A stretch of 64,000 nt of DNA from Armatimonadota bacterium. GTDB lineage: Bacteria > Armatimonadota > SYMT01. The translations under genes were made by a program, and so were the position numbers. This document shows, in pieces, positions 60,763-64,000 of the stretch. Below the pieces are notes generated by a model. It made no database searches and was not told the DNA's origin. It worked only from the letters and a program-made list of their open reading frames with translations. The stretch's first letter is position 1; each line of letters opens with the position of its first letter. The stretch spans positions 96,001 through 160,000 of the forward strand of contig JAWLHY010000001.1 of the NCBI GenBank assembly GCA_041690135.1. Reading direction: 5' to 3'.

Positions 60763-61728
60763 CTACTTGCCCATTCGGGCCGCTTTCTGATCCGGCGGCA
60801 GCCAGCCCCCCGCCGGGTAATCCAGACCGTAGGCGTCCGCCATGCGGTTAAAGAAGGCAAACAGCGCCGTGATAAAGGAGGCCTCGAAGATCTGCTCGTC
60901 GGTCCAGCCCTCTTTGCGGAGCGCCTCGACGTGCGTGTCTCGCACTTTCGCGGGCTCCAGGGTGAGGACCTTCACGTAGTCCAGCAGTACTCGCTCCTTC
61001 CGGCTCACGGCCGCCTTCTCGGCGGTACCCTTCGCGATCGCATCCACGTCATCTTCATTCTGGCCCTGCAACTGCAGGAAGCGCGCATGGCTGCCCACTC
61101 AGTAGTGGCAGTCGTTGAGACCAGAGACGTAGGTGGCGATCATCTCCTTTGTCCGGCGGTCCAGGGCAGCGTCGGCGAAGTGGGCCTGCCGCGAGAGGTC
61201 GTGGATGTGGGCCAGCCACTGCGGCCGGAGGCTCATCGTGCGGAGGATGCCGCCCGGGGGTCTTCGTCCCAGCAGCTTCTCCACTTCCGCCATCCGGGGG
61301 TCGTCATCCGCCGCCCAGTCGATCCGGGGCACGCCCGCGGCTTTGCCGAGGGCCTCGCGGATCTCGCCGGGGTCGGAACTCCGTACCACCAGCCGGCCGC
61401 GGCGGTCGTAGATGAGGGCCGTGGGCGTCTCCTTCACCTGGTACTGCCGGGCTGCCGGCTCGGCGCCGGTCTTGAGGTGAATGAGCTGAACGCCGGCTCT
61501 CTCACCCACCTCCTTCCGGAGCGTTTCGGCGAAGCCGCGCTCCATGGTGCTGTCAGGCTTGAGGAAGAGAAAGAGAGTCGGCTTCTCCGCGGTGAGGTGG
61601 CGGGCGAGAGCAACCTCACTCCCCGTGGAGAGGGGCTTCGGGGAGGCGGCAAGATCCCGCGCGACGGCGGGGCTCGCAACCGCGAGCGCGAACACGAAGA
61701 CACAGTTCATGATGGATGAGTTGTTCAT
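60763..61728 (-). CDS. Thioredoxin-like domain fused to AhpD/CMD peroxidase, selenoprotein (C-H-Y-U; UGA at 61099-61101)
   Basis: KEMIATYVSGLNDCHY-UGA-VGSH matches AhpD E...N.C.YC...H; continues to GWTDEQIFE, FFNRMADAYG. Confidence 0.85.
61065..61078 (-). promoter_or_regulatory. Candidate bacterial SECIS hairpin
   Basis: CCTGC-AGTT-GCAGG; loop 25 nt after UGA, G at second loop position. Confidence 0.55.
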
Positions 61729-61733
61729 CTGTT

Positions 61734-62582
61734 TCAGTCCTCACGGAACCACGCGGCCGCATTGGGCGCCAGGGACTTGCGGTAGGCAACGCCGGCCGTG
61801 CCGCGTGCCCGCCACGAGGTATCCGGACCGCGGAACCACTTCGCGTGGCCGTCCGCCAGGAGATAGACGGCGCCGCCGCTGTGGCGGTAGCGCGCCGCAC
61901 AGTAGTTGCTGGCGTTGCTGATGGCGGGATTGCCGGTCGGCGGGTAGCCCTGCTCGTCGCCGGTACAGTTGGTGGTCCAGTCATCCCCGGCAATCGCGGG
62001 GCGCGTGCCGCGGCCGTGGGCGACCAGGACCAGGCTGGCGGGGGCCTCTAGACCCGCCAGCGAGGTGATCCGACCCGGGAAGGTGAACCCGGGAAAGGCA
62101 CTGTGCATCATCGGGATCACATTCCCGTTTGCCACGTAGCTCATGGCTTGATCGAGCTGCTGGGCGGGAAACGCGACCGGAGCGGGATCTCCGGGCGCCA
62201 GCGGGATCGTGTTATTGAGGTGGCTGGGGCAGAGATAGAACGGCGCCTGTTTCCGCCCGGCGGGTCCGGCGGAAGCCGTGAACGTGCCGCCCGTGCCGGA
62301 CTTCACATAGGGCTCTACCAGGTCGTACCACATGGTGAGCGTCTGGCCCGGAGGGTTGAAAGCCGCCCAGGGCAGCGTTTCGTCATAGTCCCCGGTATAC
62401 ATCAGCATGGCCATCCCGGTCTGCTTCAAGTTGGACGTGCAGGTAGCCTGCCGGGCCTTTTCACGGGCCTGCGCAAAGACGGGGAACAGAATCGCGGCAA
62501 GAATGGCGATAATCGCAATCACTACGAGCAACTCGATCAGTGTAAAGCCGCGGTTAGTCGGGGGTTTGGGCCGTAGGGACAA
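61734..62582 (-). CDS. DUF1559 prepilin-type / H-X9-DG protein
   Basis: [10 protein letters not shown]; [16 protein letters not shown]. Confidence 0.93.
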   Translation of the reverse strand: MSLRPKPPTNRGFTLIELLVVIAIIAILAAILFPVFAQAREKARQATCTSNLKQTGMAMLMYTGDYDETLPWAAFNPPGQTLTMWYDLVEPYVKSGTGGTFTASAGPAGRKQAPFYLCPSHLNNTIPLAPGDPAPVAFPAQQLDQAMSYVANGNVIPMMHSAFPGFTFPGRITSLAGLEAPASLVLVAHGRGTRPAIAGDDWTTNCTGDEQGYPPTGNPAISNASNYCAARYRHSGGAVYLLADGHAKWFRGPDTSWRARGTAGVAYRKSLAPNAAAWFRED

Positions 62583-62817
62583 CGTGCACCTCTCCTTTCC
62601 CGGCGAAGGTAGCGGGTGGTGTCGGGACGAACCGAACAGGCCGCCGCTGGGGGACTGAACGAACTCTACCAGCTTCCGGGCCGCAGAACGATTAGAACGT
62701 ATTAAGAGAGACGGTTAGTTAAAGTATCTTAATCGTCACTGGGCGAATGCGTTCGCACTCGACGGGGTCAGGCAGTTGCCTCATCATGCATGAGAAGACC
62801 GTGCATTCCGCACGACG

Positions 62818-63930
62818 ATGAGAGTGATGACTTCCGAAACCCTTTCCCGCCGGGCCCTGAACCGGGCGCTCCTCGCCCGGCAGATGCTGCTGGCCCGCGA
62901 ACCGATTACACCCCTGGTGGCGATCGAGCACCTGGTGGGGCTCCAGGCGCAGCAGGCCCGGCCGCCGTTCATCCAGCTCTGGTCGCGGCTGGCCGATTTC
63001 CGCCGCGAGGACCTGGCCTCGCTCTGGGACAGCCGCGAGGTGGTGCGCGCCACGCTGATGCGGTGTACGCTCCACCTGATGTCCACGCGTGACTTCCGGA
63101 CCTTTCGCCCCGCCTTGCAGCCGGTGCTGACGGGGGCCATGCGCTCCATTCTCCGGGACCGCCTGGACAGCTTCGATCTGCAGCCCGTCCTCGCCGAGGC
63201 CCGGCGTCTCTTCGCGGAGCGACCGCGCACCTTCACCGAGATCCGGAACGCCCTGGTGGAACAGTTTCCGGACGCAGACGAGCGGGCGATGGGGTATGCG
63301 GTCCGCACGCAGCTCCTGCTGGTGATCGTGCCGGAGGACCACCCCTGGGGCTTCCGCGCGGACGGCGATTTCGCGCTGGCGGAGGACTGGCTGGGGAGGC
63401 CGGTGGAAGGGGATCCGGACCCCCGCGAGCTGGTCTTGCGCTACCTGGCCGCGTTCGGGCCGGCGTCCGCGGCGGATATCCAGGCGTGGTCCGGGCTGGG
63501 GGGCCTGGCGCCGGTCCTGAACGAGCTTCGCCCGCAGCTCCAGCTCTTCCGGGACGAGCGGAAGCGGGAGCTGTTCGACCTCCCCGATGCTCCCCGGCCG
63601 CCGGAGGAGACTCGCGCCCCCGCCCGCTTCGTCGGCGACTTCGATAACCTGGTCCTCTCCCACGCGGACCGCACCCGGATCATCGCGGACGAACACCGGC
63701 CCGTGGTGGTCACGAAGAACGGTCTGGTGCTGGGAACGATCCTGGTGGACGGCTTCGTCGCCGGTACCTGGAAAGTGACGCGCACGCGCAAGACCGCCGC
63801 GCTCACCGTCACCCCCTTCGCCCCGCTGCCTCCCGCGGCAAAAGCCGAACTGGAAGCAGAAGGGGTGAACCTGGTCCGGTTCCTCGAACCAGACGCCCAT
63901 CATTACGAACTGCGGTTTGAGGCCGGGTAA
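62818..63930 (+). CDS. HTH_42 winged-helix protein (AlkZ-like DNA glycosylase)
   Basis: LNRALLARQMLL, GLQAQ (QxQ), MRCTLHL, FDNLVLSHADR, ILVDGFVAGTW. Confidence 0.9.
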   Translation: MRVMTSETLSRRALNRALLARQMLLAREPITPLVAIEHLVGLQAQQARPPFIQLWSRLADFRREDLASLWDSREVVRATLMRCTLHLMSTRDFRTFRPALQPVLTGAMRSILRDRLDSFDLQPVLAEARRLFAERPRTFTEIRNALVEQFPDADERAMGYAVRTQLLLVIVPEDHPWGFRADGDFALAEDWLGRPVEGDPDPRELVLRYLAAFGPASAADIQAWSGLGGLAPVLNELRPQLQLFRDERKRELFDLPDAPRPPEETRAPARFVGDFDNLVLSHADRTRIIADEHRPVVVTKNGLVLGTILVDGFVAGTWKVTRTRKTAALTVTPFAPLPPAAKAELEAEGVNLVRFLEPDAHHYELRFEAG

Positions 63931-64000
63931 GGAACAGGATGGGCAGGATGAGGAGGATGGCAAGAACCGGCTGAACGTTGAAGGGGGCACAATGGCTGCG

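Overview
GC-rich bacterial DNA, most consistent with an Armatimonadota/Planctomycetota-type genome: three DUF1559 prepilin-like genes, DUF1501, three PQQ-like propellers, a sulfatase and several esterases. Other conventional content is purA with a divergent LysR, GAF-fused glgP, rplY, GntP, GntR, an ECF sigma factor plus YCII, a HTH_42 glycosylase, the 3' part of an IS1380, a PIN toxin-antitoxin pair with a nonsense codon, Rpn-family genes and a deleted CHAT-TPR pseudogene. No rRNA, canonical tRNA or CRISPR array was seen. Five things stand out. (1) A ROT/TROVE-like-TerD gene whose leader holds a tRNA-like cloverleaf and a Y-RNA-like stem-loop, a candidate undescribed ribonucleoprotein system. 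(2) A plasmid-type RepA with 14 helically phased 17-bp iterons among chromosome-like genes. (3) Two convergent genes split by in-frame UGA with SECIS-like hairpins, predicted exported selenoproteins. (4) Twin ~420-bp structured non-coding repeats upstream of rplY with a piece of rplY between them. (5) Small genes sharing an unnamed A-x3-A-x2-G-x4-G-x3-L-x2-G-[LY]-x-R motif, interleaved with orphan receiver domains. All family calls come from motif recognition by eye; no database searches were run.
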